51,588 nt of DNA from Candidatus Magasanikiibacteriota bacterium (GTDB lineage Bacteria > Patescibacteriota > Patescibacteriia > Magasanikbacterales > UBA922), in contig JABIEQ010000017.1 of the NCBI GenBank assembly GCA_018651085.1, positions 1 to 51,588 on the forward strand. The letters run 5' to 3'. Of this stretch, positions 36,901 to 45,867 are shown in pieces. How positions within the stretch are numbered: the stretch's first letter is position 1; every line of letters starts with the position of its first letter. The notes below the pieces were generated by a model. The model searched no databases and had not been told where the DNA came from. It saw only the letters and a program-made list of their open reading frames with translations. The position numbers and the translations under genes are program-made.

Positions 36901-39255
36901 ATGGCAAAAACACTCGTTATTGTTGAGTCTCCAACAAAAGCAAAAACTATCTCAAAATTCCTAGGAAAGGCCTACAAAGTAGAGTCTTCTTTTGGGCATC
37001 TTCGTGATCTTCCGAAAAGCACCATGGGTGTTGATATTGAAGGTGGCACCTTTCTTCCAAGCTATGTTATTCCTAAAGAAAAGGCAAAACAAGTAAAGAA
37101 ATTAAAAGACGCACTGAAAGAATGTGATGATGTTATATTTGCTACTGATGAAGACCGAGAAGGTGAAGCCATCTCTTGGCACCTTGCTGCTATTTTGAAA
37201 GTATCTCCAGAAAAAACGAAACGTATTGTTTTTCATGAAATTACCAAGCATGCGATAGAAGAAGCACTTGCTCATCCGCGTACTATTGATCAGAAACTTG
37301 TTGATGCACAACAAGCAAGACGGGTTCTCGATCGCCTTGTTGGATATGAATTATCTCCTTTTTTATGGAAAAAGATTTCTCGGGGTCTTTCTGCTGGACG
37401 GGTGCAATCTGTTGCGCTTCGTTTAGTTGTTGAACGAGAAAGAGAAAGAAAAGCATTTGTATCTGAAGAGTATTGGAAAATTGAAGGACTCTTTCATAAA
37501 GATCCATCCTTTCCGGGGTTTCTTCATAGTATTGATGGAAAAAAGCTAGATAAATTTGATCTATCTAAAGAAAAAGACACAAGTGATATTGTTTCTTTAC
37601 TTGAAGGAGCAACCTATACGATTGACTCATTAACAAAAAAAGAAGCAAAGCGTAATCCCCCTCCCCCATTTAGAACATCTACCCTTCAACAACAAGCAAA
37701 CCAAAAATTTGGGTATTCTTCAAGACAGACCATGCGTCTTGCGCAACAACTTTATGAAGGTGTTTCTCTTGGACCAGAAGGATCTGTTGGTCTTATTACA
37801 TACATGCGTACAGATTCAACAAACTTATCTAAAAAATTTATTTCTGAAGTTTCTTCATTTGTTCATGACACGTACGGAAAAGAATATGATATTGAAAAAC
37901 CTCGTGTCTATGCATCTAAAACAAAAGGAGCACAAGAAGCTCATGAAGCGATTCGTCCAACACATGCAGAAAAGACACCTGAATCTATTAAAGAATATCT
38001 TGATTCAAAACAATACAAACTCTATAACCTTATTTGGAGTAGAGCTGTAGCAACACAAATGGCTGCAGCAAAGATCAACCGGACAACGATGGATATTATT
38101 GCGAAAAAGCATACTTTTCGTGCAACAGGACAAAGCATGCTTTTCCCTGGCTACTTAACTCTTTATCCAAATGCCATTAAAGAAACGATGCTTCCTGATC
38201 TTAATGAAGGAGACAAGATTGACTGTGTCTCTCTTACTCCAACTCAACACTTTACTGAACCTCCGGCACGATATTCTGATGCTACTCTTGTAAAAGTTCT
38301 TGAAGAATATGGTATTGGTCGACCGTCAACGTATGCCCCAACGATTGGAACTATCGAAGCTAGAGAATATGTTGAACGAGATGAAAACAAACGACTCGCC
38401 CCACGAGATGTTGCATTTATTGTGATTGACCTATTAGTAGAACACTTTTCTCAAATTGTTGATTTTCATTTTACAGCGCAAGTTGAAGAAAATCTTGATG
38501 CTATTGCTCACGGAACAAAAGATTGGCAACCAATTATTTCTACATTTTATCATCCATTCCATGAGAACCTCATGAAAAAAACAGATGAAGTGAGCCGAGA
38601 TGATATTTCTCAAACTCGAGAAGTTGGTATCGATCCTGAAACTGGCAAACCCATCTCTGTACGTATTGGTCGATTTGGACCATATGTACAAAAAGGGACA
38701 AAAGATGATGAAGAAAAACCTAAATTTGCAAGTATTCCAAAAGATAAACGGATGGATGATATAACACTTGCTGATGCGCTTCATTTATTGTCCTTACCAA
38801 AAACCCTTAAAGATGGAGAGACTGAAGAAAAGATTACAACTGACATTGGTCGATTTGGACCATATGTAAAAAAAGGTAAATCTTACTATTCCCTTAAAGG
38901 CACTGACCTTGATCCATATACCATTACATTAGAACAAGCTCTTCAAGTTATTGCTGACGGAGAAGAAAAGAAAGAAAAGAAAAAGATTAAACTCTTTGAA
39001 GGGACTGATATACAAATTCTCAATGGTCCATATGGTCCATATGTGACTGATGGTACAAAAAATGCACGCATTCCAAAAGATGTAGAAGATCCCTCTACTC
39101 TTACTCTTGAAATTTGTACTGAATTACTTCTTAAAGCAAAACCTTCCCGACGCGGAAAGAAAAAAGCCAAAAAAGCCCCTAAAAAAACCGCAAAAAAGAC
39201 TGCAAAGCCTAAGAAAACTGTTAAAAAAAAGACGAAGCCTAAGAAAAAGGTGTAA
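36901..39255 (+). CDS. topA: DNA topoisomerase I with C-terminal repeats and Lys-rich tail
   Basis: LVIVESP.KAKTI, ATDEDREGEAISWH, SAGRVQS, LITYMRTDS, QEAHEAIRPT, GIGRPSTY; GRFGPYV repeats; KKAKKAPKKTAKK tail. Promoter TTGACA-17-TAGAGT at 36864-36892. Confidence 0.98.
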   Translation: MAKTLVIVESPTKAKTISKFLGKAYKVESSFGHLRDLPKSTMGVDIEGGTFLPSYVIPKEKAKQVKKLKDALKECDDVIFATDEDREGEAISWHLAAILKVSPEKTKRIVFHEITKHAIEEALAHPRTIDQKLVDAQQARRVLDRLVGYELSPFLWKKISRGLSAGRVQSVALRLVVERERERKAFVSEEYWKIEGLFHKDPSFPGFLHSIDGKKLDKFDLSKEKDTSDIVSLLEGATYTIDSLTKKEAKRNPPPPFRTSTLQQQANQKFGYSSRQTMRLAQQLYEGVSLGPEGSVGLITYMRTDSTNLSKKFISEVSSFVHDTYGKEYDIEKPRVYASKTKGAQEAHEAIRPTHAEKTPESIKEYLDSKQYKLYNLIWSRAVATQMAAAKINRTTMDIIAKKHTFRATGQSMLFPGYLTLYPNAIKETMLPDLNEGDKIDCVSLTPTQHFTEPPARYSDATLVKVLEEYGIGRPSTYAPTIGTIEAREYVERDENKRLAPRDVAFIVIDLLVEHFSQIVDFHFTAQVEENLDAIAHGTKDWQPIISTFYHPFHENLMKKTDEVSRDDISQTREVGIDPETGKPISVRIGRFGPYVQKGTKDDEEKPKFASIPKDKRMDDITLADALHLLSLPKTLKDGETEEKITTDIGRFGPYVKKGKSYYSLKGTDLDPYTITLEQALQVIADGEEKKEKKKIKLFEGTDIQILNGPYGPYVTDGTKNARIPKDVEDPSTLTLEICTELLLKAKPSRRGKKKAKKAPKKTAKKTAKPKKTVKKKTKPKKKV

Positions 39256-39257
39256 AT

Positions 39258-39349
39258 ACAAAACACTCCTATACATATAGAAGTGCTCTGTGTAGCGAGT
39301 AGGTATACCCCAATGCCAAAGGTAATACTAGGGCCCTAAACTCGCTACA
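39258..39349 (-). ncRNA. Candidate small RNA 1 (long hairpin plus terminator, ~90 nt)
   Basis: Promoter TTGATA-16-TGtTATACT (39356-39383); 10-bp stem 39291-39300/39340-39349; terminator hairpin 39261-39288 whose G.U pairs are valid only on the minus strand. Confidence 0.6.
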
Positions 39350-39369
39350 AAAATAAGTATAACAAAAAC

Positions 39370-39389
39370 AGAGAATTTATCAATTCTCT
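39370..39389. promoter_or_regulatory. 8-4-8 inverted repeat over the -35 box of small RNA 1 (possible operator)
   Basis: AGAGAATT-TATC-AATTCTCT. Confidence 0.4.
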
Positions 39390-39414
39390 ACTCTCGTTTA
39401 CTGTTTTTTACGAA

Positions 39415-39478
39415 ATGAAAACCCCACTCTTACGAGTGAGGTTTTCTTTTGGCGTTTGGGCTTTTTCCCTAGTATTAC
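39415..39478 (-). ncRNA. Candidate small RNA 2 (~65 nt)
   Basis: Promoter TTGACA-17-TGcTATTAT (39485-39513); terminator GAAAACCUCACUC-GUAA-GAGUGGGGUUUU with GNRA loop and U.G pair on the minus strand. Confidence 0.6.
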
Positions 39479-39595
39479 GGCCTTATAATAGCAGGTTTTT
39501 AGCGTTTTGTCAATACCCCACCACTATATAACTCTACGCTTCATTTCTTGCAAAAAGTGCTAAACGTGGTACAGTTACTTATGTAATATTATTTT

Positions 39596-41071
39596 ATGGC
39601 AAAGACACTCACTATTGAAGGCTTAGTCGAGAAAATTTTGGGATATGCTCCTGATTCAGACACAGAGATTGTTCGCCTTGCTTATGAATTTGCTAAGGAT
39701 GCTCATGAAGGACAAACAAGACGATCTGGGGAACCGTATATTACTCATCCCCTTGCAGCAGCTCATATATTAGCTGATATCCGTATTGACCCTGTCATCG
39801 TTACAGCGACGCTTCTTCATGATGTTCCAGAAGACACAGAAGTGACGCTAGAAGACATTGAAAAGAATTTTGGGAGTGATATTGCGTCACTTGTCCGTGG
39901 TATTACTAAACTTGGAAAATTGAAATATCGTGGCGTTGAACGTTATATTGAAAATCTTCGAAAAATGTTTGTTGCAATGGCTGAAGATGCTCGCGTTATG
40001 CTTATTAAATTTGCTGACCGTGTGCATAATCTTACAACCTTGGGATCTCTTCCTCCACAGAAACAGTATCGTATTGCACTTGAGAGTCTTGAAATTTATG
40101 CTCCTATTGCAGGACGACTTGGTATTGCTGAAATGAAGGGACAGCTTGAAGACCTATCATTTCGATATGTGTACCCCAAAGAGTATGCTCGTGTTAAAAA
40201 TATTCGAACTGAGAAACTACAAGGGAAAGAAGGATACATTGATACTGTCAGAACACATGCTAAAGAAGAAATTGCATCTGCTGGCGTTACTATTTGCAGT
40301 ATTGAGGGAAGAGAAAAACGATTATTTAGCTTTTATCAAAAACTCATTCGAAAGGATAATAAAATGGCAAGAATTTATGATCTTGTCGCTATCCGTATTA
40401 TTGTTCCATCAGTTGCTGATTGCTATGCAGTCCTTGGTGTTCTTCATAAAGTGTGGAAACCAGTAAAAGGCCGTATTAAAGACTATATCTCTCAACCAAA
40501 GCCAAATGGATACCAATCACTTCATACCACCGTATTTAGCGAAAATGGTGAGCTTGTAGAATTTCAAATACGAACAGAAGAAATGCATGAGGAAGCTGAA
40601 TTTGGAATTGCCGCACATTGGCACTATGATGAAAAAGGTGGCCGCCTTCCTAAAAAACAAATTCAATGGGCAAAAGAGCTTGCTGAGATCCAAAAAGATA
40701 TATTGAATAACCTTACAGATCTTGAATCCATGAAGGTAGACTTTTTACAAAACCGTATCTTTGTGTTTACTCCCAAAGGAGATGTGATTGATCTACCTGA
40801 TGGTGCTACTCCTGTTGATTTTGCTTACCACATTCATACGGAGATTGGTAATAAATGCGGTTCAGCTATTGTAAACGATAATATTGCGAAACTTGATGCT
40901 GCCTTAAAAAATGGTGACGTTGTTGAAATTATCATGGATAAAGGAAGAAAAGGTCCTAACCCAGACTGGTTATCCTTTGTAAAAACACATACAGCAAAAT
41001 CTCACATTAAACTTAGTGCAAAAAATAAAAAACTTACTGGTTGGCTAAAGTCTGTCCTTCCTAAAAAATAA
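39596..41071 (+). CDS. RelA/SpoT family (p)ppGpp synthetase/hydrolase, C-terminally short (HD-SYN-TGS)
   Basis: H.GQ.R.SGEPYI.HP, LLHDVPEDT, IKFADR.HN, YAPIA.RLG, DYIS.PKPNGYQSLHT, EFQIRT..MH..AE.G.AAHW.Y, TGS VFTPKGD..DFAY.IHT. Confidence 0.93.
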   Translation: MAKTLTIEGLVEKILGYAPDSDTEIVRLAYEFAKDAHEGQTRRSGEPYITHPLAAAHILADIRIDPVIVTATLLHDVPEDTEVTLEDIEKNFGSDIASLVRGITKLGKLKYRGVERYIENLRKMFVAMAEDARVMLIKFADRVHNLTTLGSLPPQKQYRIALESLEIYAPIAGRLGIAEMKGQLEDLSFRYVYPKEYARVKNIRTEKLQGKEGYIDTVRTHAKEEIASAGVTICSIEGREKRLFSFYQKLIRKDNKMARIYDLVAIRIIVPSVADCYAVLGVLHKVWKPVKGRIKDYISQPKPNGYQSLHTTVFSENGELVEFQIRTEEMHEEAEFGIAAHWHYDEKGGRLPKKQIQWAKELAEIQKDILNNLTDLESMKVDFLQNRIFVFTPKGDVIDLPDGATPVDFAYHIHTEIGNKCGSAIVNDNIAKLDAALKNGDVVEIIMDKGRKGPNPDWLSFVKTHTAKSHIKLSAKNKKLTGWLKSVLPKK

Positions 41072-41110
41072 TATTAAAAAACGAGGTGTATACACCTCGT
41101 TTTTTAATAT
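41071..41110. terminator. Perfect 40-bp palindrome / bidirectional terminator
   Basis: ATATTAAAAAACGAGGTGTA|TACACCTCGTTTTTTAATAT between convergent stops. Confidence 0.85.
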
Positions 41111-41120
41111 GTTATATTTA

Positions 41121-41672
41121 TTATTGAAAGAAGAAGCCATTTACTAACCAATTATTTCCTCTTTTTTCTAACTCTACTCGAGCGTGCCTTTGCAACACTA
41201 CTCCTAATTCATCTGTCTCTTGTATCCCTACCGTCACGATAGCTTTGGCATTGGTTACTGACTCTATTTTTGTACTAATAACGTTTGTCGTAACTTCTTT
41301 GTATTCAGCACTCTCTTCTAATCGATTTGTGTCAACCCAAATAGCCATGCTATTTGTGACATACACCAATGCATCATCAATATGCTTATTCTTATTATTT
41401 GTTGAAAAACTTCTAAATCGTTCCGTAAAATCTTTTGCTCGTTGTCTAATATATCTTTCTGTTGGATCAACAGGTGTTTGATCTACTTCAATTGGGGCAA
41501 TGATTTCTTGAATAGTTTCTTGTGAAATAAATGGTTGATCTCCGGTTCCTCCATTCTCTTGATCTTCTAGTGTTTTGTCATCAGTACTTTTACCTAACAA
41601 TAAAAATAACGCAATAATAAGTATTATTAGTATAATTATTCCTCCTATAATACCTTTATGTTTTCTTTGCAT
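41121..41672 (-). CDS. Bitopic protein, possible VirB8/TcpC-like (NTF2-like fold)
   Basis: N-terminal TM, AKDFTERF helix, beta-rich end AIVTV...RVELEK.GNNWLV; last gene of the VirB4 operon. Confidence 0.55.
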   Translation of the reverse strand: MQRKHKGIIGGIIILIILIIALFLLLGKSTDDKTLEDQENGGTGDQPFISQETIQEIIAPIEVDQTPVDPTERYIRQRAKDFTERFRSFSTNNKNKHIDDALVYVTNSMAIWVDTNRLEESAEYKEVTTNVISTKIESVTNAKAIVTVGIQETDELGVVLQRHARVELEKRGNNWLVNGFFFQ

Positions 41673-41677
41673 ATATA

Positions 41678-43558
41678 TTATCTATTTCTACCTTTTCCTA
41701 ATACTTCTCGTTGATATTCTTCTCTTGCTTTTTCTATTTCTAATAACTGCTTTGGGTCGGAAGTGATTAATTGATCTTCAGTGTACGAAGCCACAACCTT
41801 TATGGCAGCGTGTTTAAGCCCTGCAAAAAATATCCCTTCCCCTACGGCACTTTCTAACAACAAATATTTCTCACCTTCAGTTAAAAAGAATGTCTTTTGA
41901 ATTAAATCAATTGCAGCTGGAGACTGACGAAGAAGCATTTGTAATGATGAATTGGTTACAATAGCTTTTCCATATGGAGAACGTAAAAAATCATTTACGT
42001 CTTGTGTAATAGTCGTTACTCCAAGATAATACTTTCTTGCTCTTTTTACGAGTGCGTAAATAAACTTAGCACTGTCTTCATGTGTCATGAGCCACCACGC
42101 CTCATCAATAATGAGTAGACGCTTTTTCTTTTCACTACGGACAATATTCCAAATATAGTTAATCACAGAATAAATAGCCATTGGTCGGAGTTCGTCTTCT
42201 AGATCACGTACACTAAAGACAACCAACTGATTATTCATGTTTACATTTGTAGGAGAATTAAATAATCCAGCGAATGTTCCTTCTGTATACTTTCGTAATT
42301 TTAATACCAAATCTCTGGCTCCCTCTAATCCTTCAAGAACATCGAGAAGATCTTGCATAATTGGAGGCTCTACTACAGACAAATCAGAATTTGCCGTAAT
42401 ATCCTTTTTTGCAAATGTTTCTAAAAGTGCTCTATCTAGTACAGAATCTTCTTCAGCACTTACTGAACCAAACATGATCCTTAAAAGCCCTTTTAAGGTG
42501 ATTACAGCACTTCTCACGACATCTTCTGTAGAAATCTGTCTTCCTACAGGACGTGGAAGATCAAAGGGGTTTACCTTACTTTCTGACGCGAGTGAAATAT
42601 TTACATATGTTCCACCAACAGCTTCACATAAATGCTCATATTCTTTTTCAGGATCAATAATGATAATTTCTGTCCCAAACATCAGACTCCGAAGTACTTC
42701 GAGTTTTACCATATACGATTTTCCAGCACCAGAGGTTGCAAATACTACCATGTTGGCATTTTGTAAAGAAAATCTATCAAAAAGAATGAGACTATTGTTG
42801 TGCCTATTAATTCCATACAGAACACCATCATCACTACTTAACTCAGATGACACAAATGGAAAAGATGATGCAATTGGACTTGAATTCATGTTAAAGGCAA
42901 TTGATAGTTCATCAATACCAATTGGTGCAGTTGATGTAAATCCTTGTTCTGCTTGAAAAAAGACTCCTTTTGTATAAATAAGTTTTGATCCAAATATATT
43001 TTCTACATCTTCTGATACTTTCTCTAATTCTTCTTTATCTTTTGCATAGACTGTGGCATAAAATGCAAACTGAAAAAAATGTTCAATTCCTTGGGTTAAA
43101 TCATCTCGCAATTGTTCAATGTCACGAAGCGCTGTTTCTCGTACAGGATCTCTTGGCGCTCCTTTTTCGGCATCAGACGAAAGTTGTGCTTCAAGTGCAC
43201 CTACTTTCTTTTTTAATTGCTTTAATATAATTGCTGACTTTACTGGATAGAAAAACATTGAAATATCAAGAGCAACATTGAGGTTTAAAATTGGGGTACT
43301 CCATCCAACAGAGATGTAACGTGGATATGAAATAACAAAAAATGTACGTAAAAATACGTCACCTAATTGGATGAAGCTTGATTCTACCCGAAACGCGGCA
43401 GGAGCAATGAGGTCTCTTACCGCCACTGTTCCTTCCCTATAGATGCGTTCTTCTTCTAGGGTAACGAGTTCTTCTACTTGTTCTTGTTCTTTTTTATTCG
43501 CGCCCTTTCCTTGAACAATTCCTCGTTTTTGTTGTCTATGTATTGGTTTAAATGCCAT
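41678..43558 (-). CDS. VirB4-like type IV secretion ATPase
   Basis: LYGIN..N.SLILFDRF, ATSGAGKS (Walker A), IIDPEKEY, NPFD, LIIDEAW (Walker B), KRARKY..G.TTITQDV.DF, GEG.F. Confidence 0.92.
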   Translation of the reverse strand: MAFKPIHRQQKRGIVQGKGANKKEQEQVEELVTLEEERIYREGTVAVRDLIAPAAFRVESSFIQLGDVFLRTFFVISYPRYISVGWSTPILNLNVALDISMFFYPVKSAIILKQLKKKVGALEAQLSSDAEKGAPRDPVRETALRDIEQLRDDLTQGIEHFFQFAFYATVYAKDKEELEKVSEDVENIFGSKLIYTKGVFFQAEQGFTSTAPIGIDELSIAFNMNSSPIASSFPFVSSELSSDDGVLYGINRHNNSLILFDRFSLQNANMVVFATSGAGKSYMVKLEVLRSLMFGTEIIIIDPEKEYEHLCEAVGGTYVNISLASESKVNPFDLPRPVGRQISTEDVVRSAVITLKGLLRIMFGSVSAEEDSVLDRALLETFAKKDITANSDLSVVEPPIMQDLLDVLEGLEGARDLVLKLRKYTEGTFAGLFNSPTNVNMNNQLVVFSVRDLEDELRPMAIYSVINYIWNIVRSEKKKRLLIIDEAWWLMTHEDSAKFIYALVKRARKYYLGVTTITQDVNDFLRSPYGKAIVTNSSLQMLLRQSPAAIDLIQKTFFLTEGEKYLLLESAVGEGIFFAGLKHAAIKVVASYTEDQLITSDPKQLLEIEKAREEYQREVLGKGRNR

Positions 43559-43563
43559 AGCGA

Positions 43564-44253
43564 TCAGTAGATATCTTCAACTTGAATCTTTTCTACATTT
43601 TGTAGTTGTTGTGTTAAGGCAACATCTGGGTTATATGTCCCGTAATAAAGTTCAATCAATGCTTGGGTGTCTAACTCTGCTACTTGTAACCCTAGACTTT
43701 CTAACCCTCCTGCAACGTGCCGTGTCCGTACCTCAAGATCATGTCTTCTTTGCTCAAATCTTTTCTCTTTTAATCGAATGGTAAATGATGGCTTTAATAC
43801 TTCTTTAAATCTGGAAAAGAATCCTTTCTTTTTATTTGATAATGGGTCATATGGCACTACCACATAAAACTTTTTTGTCATGATTTGCCCGATATCTACA
43901 AGTTCTTGTACAAAAGCTCTATAATCTGCAATCTGTACACGAAGTAATTCATTTGCTTGGTTTCTTTCTAGCTGTATGAGTTGCTCAAGATATGGTTTTA
44001 TTTGTAATTGACGAGATTGCACTACAATCTGTAATGGAAAATCAATAGAATTCAAAAACCCAACATATGACGATATGATTGCGTTTTGTTCGTCTTCTGA
44101 TTTTAAGGCAAAATTAATACTTGATACTAATAGTACTCCTCGTACGGTTCCATCCTTTAGTACCACCATACCATCACGTATTTCTGCTATTGGAAGGTGC
44201 GCTTGTGTACTTGGCCTTCCTTTTTTTGCCTTTTTTGCTTTTTTACTTTTCAT
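43564..44253 (-). CDS. T4SS-associated protein resembling the VirB4/TraE N-terminal region
   Basis: STQ.HLPIAEIRDG.VVLKDG, VSSINFALKSEDEQ, FLNSIDFPLQIV, FYVVVPY; between prgI and virB4. Confidence 0.75.
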   Translation of the reverse strand: MKSKKAKKAKKGRPSTQAHLPIAEIRDGMVVLKDGTVRGVLLVSSINFALKSEDEQNAIISSYVGFLNSIDFPLQIVVQSRQLQIKPYLEQLIQLERNQANELLRVQIADYRAFVQELVDIGQIMTKKFYVVVPYDPLSNKKKGFFSRFKEVLKPSFTIRLKEKRFEQRRHDLEVRTRHVAGGLESLGLQVAELDTQALIELYYGTYNPDVALTQQLQNVEKIQVEDIY

Positions 44254-44280
44254 ACATGCTTCGACTAGTATACCATGCTT

Positions 44281-44715
44281 TTATCTCAAATCATTGTCGG
44301 GTCGGTAATACCCACCCGTGTTGACTACTAATGCGAGATCTTTAATTCTTGCTCTACGAACTTTTTTTCTTTCAACCACCACAACGTCTTCTTTTATTCC
44401 TTTTTTTCGTAAATAATCTAATTCTTTTTTAGAATATTCTTTTCTCCAAATTCGTAACCCTGGTTTTGTTTTTGTTTGAATAATATTTAATATAAAATAA
44501 TGAAATGCTTGCCCTTTTACTTTAGCAAAAGCAAACAATAAGGCAATTCCTCCGATAAAAAGGGCTAGTGTTAGAAAAAGAGCTGTATCAGCGAATCTAT
44601 ACACAATAAAAATAATAATCCCAGCGATAAGCATGATCAAAAACTGTCGCACTGTAATAGGTCCAAGGATTTTATCTTCTACTTCAATAAATTGTGGCAC
44701 GACAAACTGCTGCAT
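44281..44715 (-). CDS. PrgI family (VirB3-like) protein
   Basis: MQQFVVPQFIEVEDKILGPITVRQF followed by two TM helices. Confidence 0.88.
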   Translation of the reverse strand: MQQFVVPQFIEVEDKILGPITVRQFLIMLIAGIIIFIVYRFADTALFLTLALFIGGIALLFAFAKVKGQAFHYFILNIIQTKTKPGLRIWRKEYSKKELDYLRKKGIKEDVVVVERKKVRRARIKDLALVVNTGGYYRPDNDLR

Positions 44716-44716
44716 A

Positions 44717-45862
44717 CTATAACCTAATCGATTTATTGATATCTACAATAACATGGTGTTCTTCGTTACTTAATCCCTCTTGATTATTTAGTACTTCTTT
44801 TAATGTTATTCCTTCGTGTAATGCCTGTGAAATACTTTCTTGATACGCACTATAAAGTGGGCTTCTTTCCCATGCAAGCACTCCTTTTACTAAAAGAAGG
44901 AATGATTCTTTTTTTAGAGTATCAAATTTTGATAGTATCATTTTTTTGCTTGCTTGTGGTGTTGTTCCTAATCTTCTGAAATCTTTTAGTGTAATGTGCC
45001 CTAATTCATCAATTGGCCCAATACTTGCCTTTTCTCTTGGTTGCGGTTTGGGTGGCCTAATGTCATGCATCATTGGTTTAATATCAATCGCTGGAATCAC
45101 AAAAGCATGATCTTTTCTGTTTGGGATAAGTTTTTGAACTTGTGGAGTGGATTTTTTGGGAGTTGGAGTTGCCTTTTTAGGTGATTTTTTTTTAAAGGCT
45201 TCCTCTGGTACCTGAAGTTCACTATGGATGGCACTAATGACCTTTACCGCGTCCTCTTTTGTAAGGCCGACTCCCCCATGGGTGATATCTTCTGTAAGAT
45301 ACTCTTTAATTTGCTCGTCACTTCTTATCTCTTTTATCCTTGACTCGATCAGAGAACCTAATCGACTCACAACACTTTTATCGACTGAAATAGATATGGT
45401 CTTAAGCACTTTATTTACCTGATCTTGCCTTCCTGACACCGCTCCCTTTCCTTTTTCTATGTCTACCTCTTTATGAAAAGTATCATCTAATAATGATTTA
45501 TGATCATCTTCGCCCCAATGAGTATCTTTTGCGGCTGCTTGTTCTTCAAACACCTCAGTGTTTGGTGTGGTTGTACTTATTGCAGTTGAGGCACTTTTTG
45601 TAAGTGCTACTGGTTGAAGTATCACTAATGCTTTCTTTTCAATAGGCTCTTTTGTCTTTTGTGGCGGCACTGAGAATGAAGCAACTGGAGCTCCGGCTTG
45701 TTCTTCATGATGGGTATGTATTGCCCTGTTTTGAGGTAAGAGGTCTTCTTCTTTTTCTTCTTTTTTCACTGCTTTATATGACGCAAATTCAGCCATGGTC
45801 ATACGCACCATGGATCCATCTTTTTTCTTTACAGGAATTGTTCGTTCATGTGCTTTTACCAT
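44717..45862 (-). CDS. Hypothetical protein in the T4SS-like operon
   Basis: Soluble ORF with low-complexity linkers and a C-terminal GPIDELG.ITL.DFRRL block; start moved to MVKAHER to remove the overlap. Confidence 0.75.
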   Translation of the reverse strand: MVKAHERTIPVKKKDGSMVRMTMAEFASYKAVKKEEKEEDLLPQNRAIHTHHEEQAGAPVASFSVPPQKTKEPIEKKALVILQPVALTKSASTAISTTTPNTEVFEEQAAAKDTHWGEDDHKSLLDDTFHKEVDIEKGKGAVSGRQDQVNKVLKTISISVDKSVVSRLGSLIESRIKEIRSDEQIKEYLTEDITHGGVGLTKEDAVKVISAIHSELQVPEEAFKKKSPKKATPTPKKSTPQVQKLIPNRKDHAFVIPAIDIKPMMHDIRPPKPQPREKASIGPIDELGHITLKDFRRLGTTPQASKKMILSKFDTLKKESFLLLVKGVLAWERSPLYSAYQESISQALHEGITLKEVLNNQEGLSNEEHHVIVDINKSIRL

Positions 45863-45867
45863 ACAAA

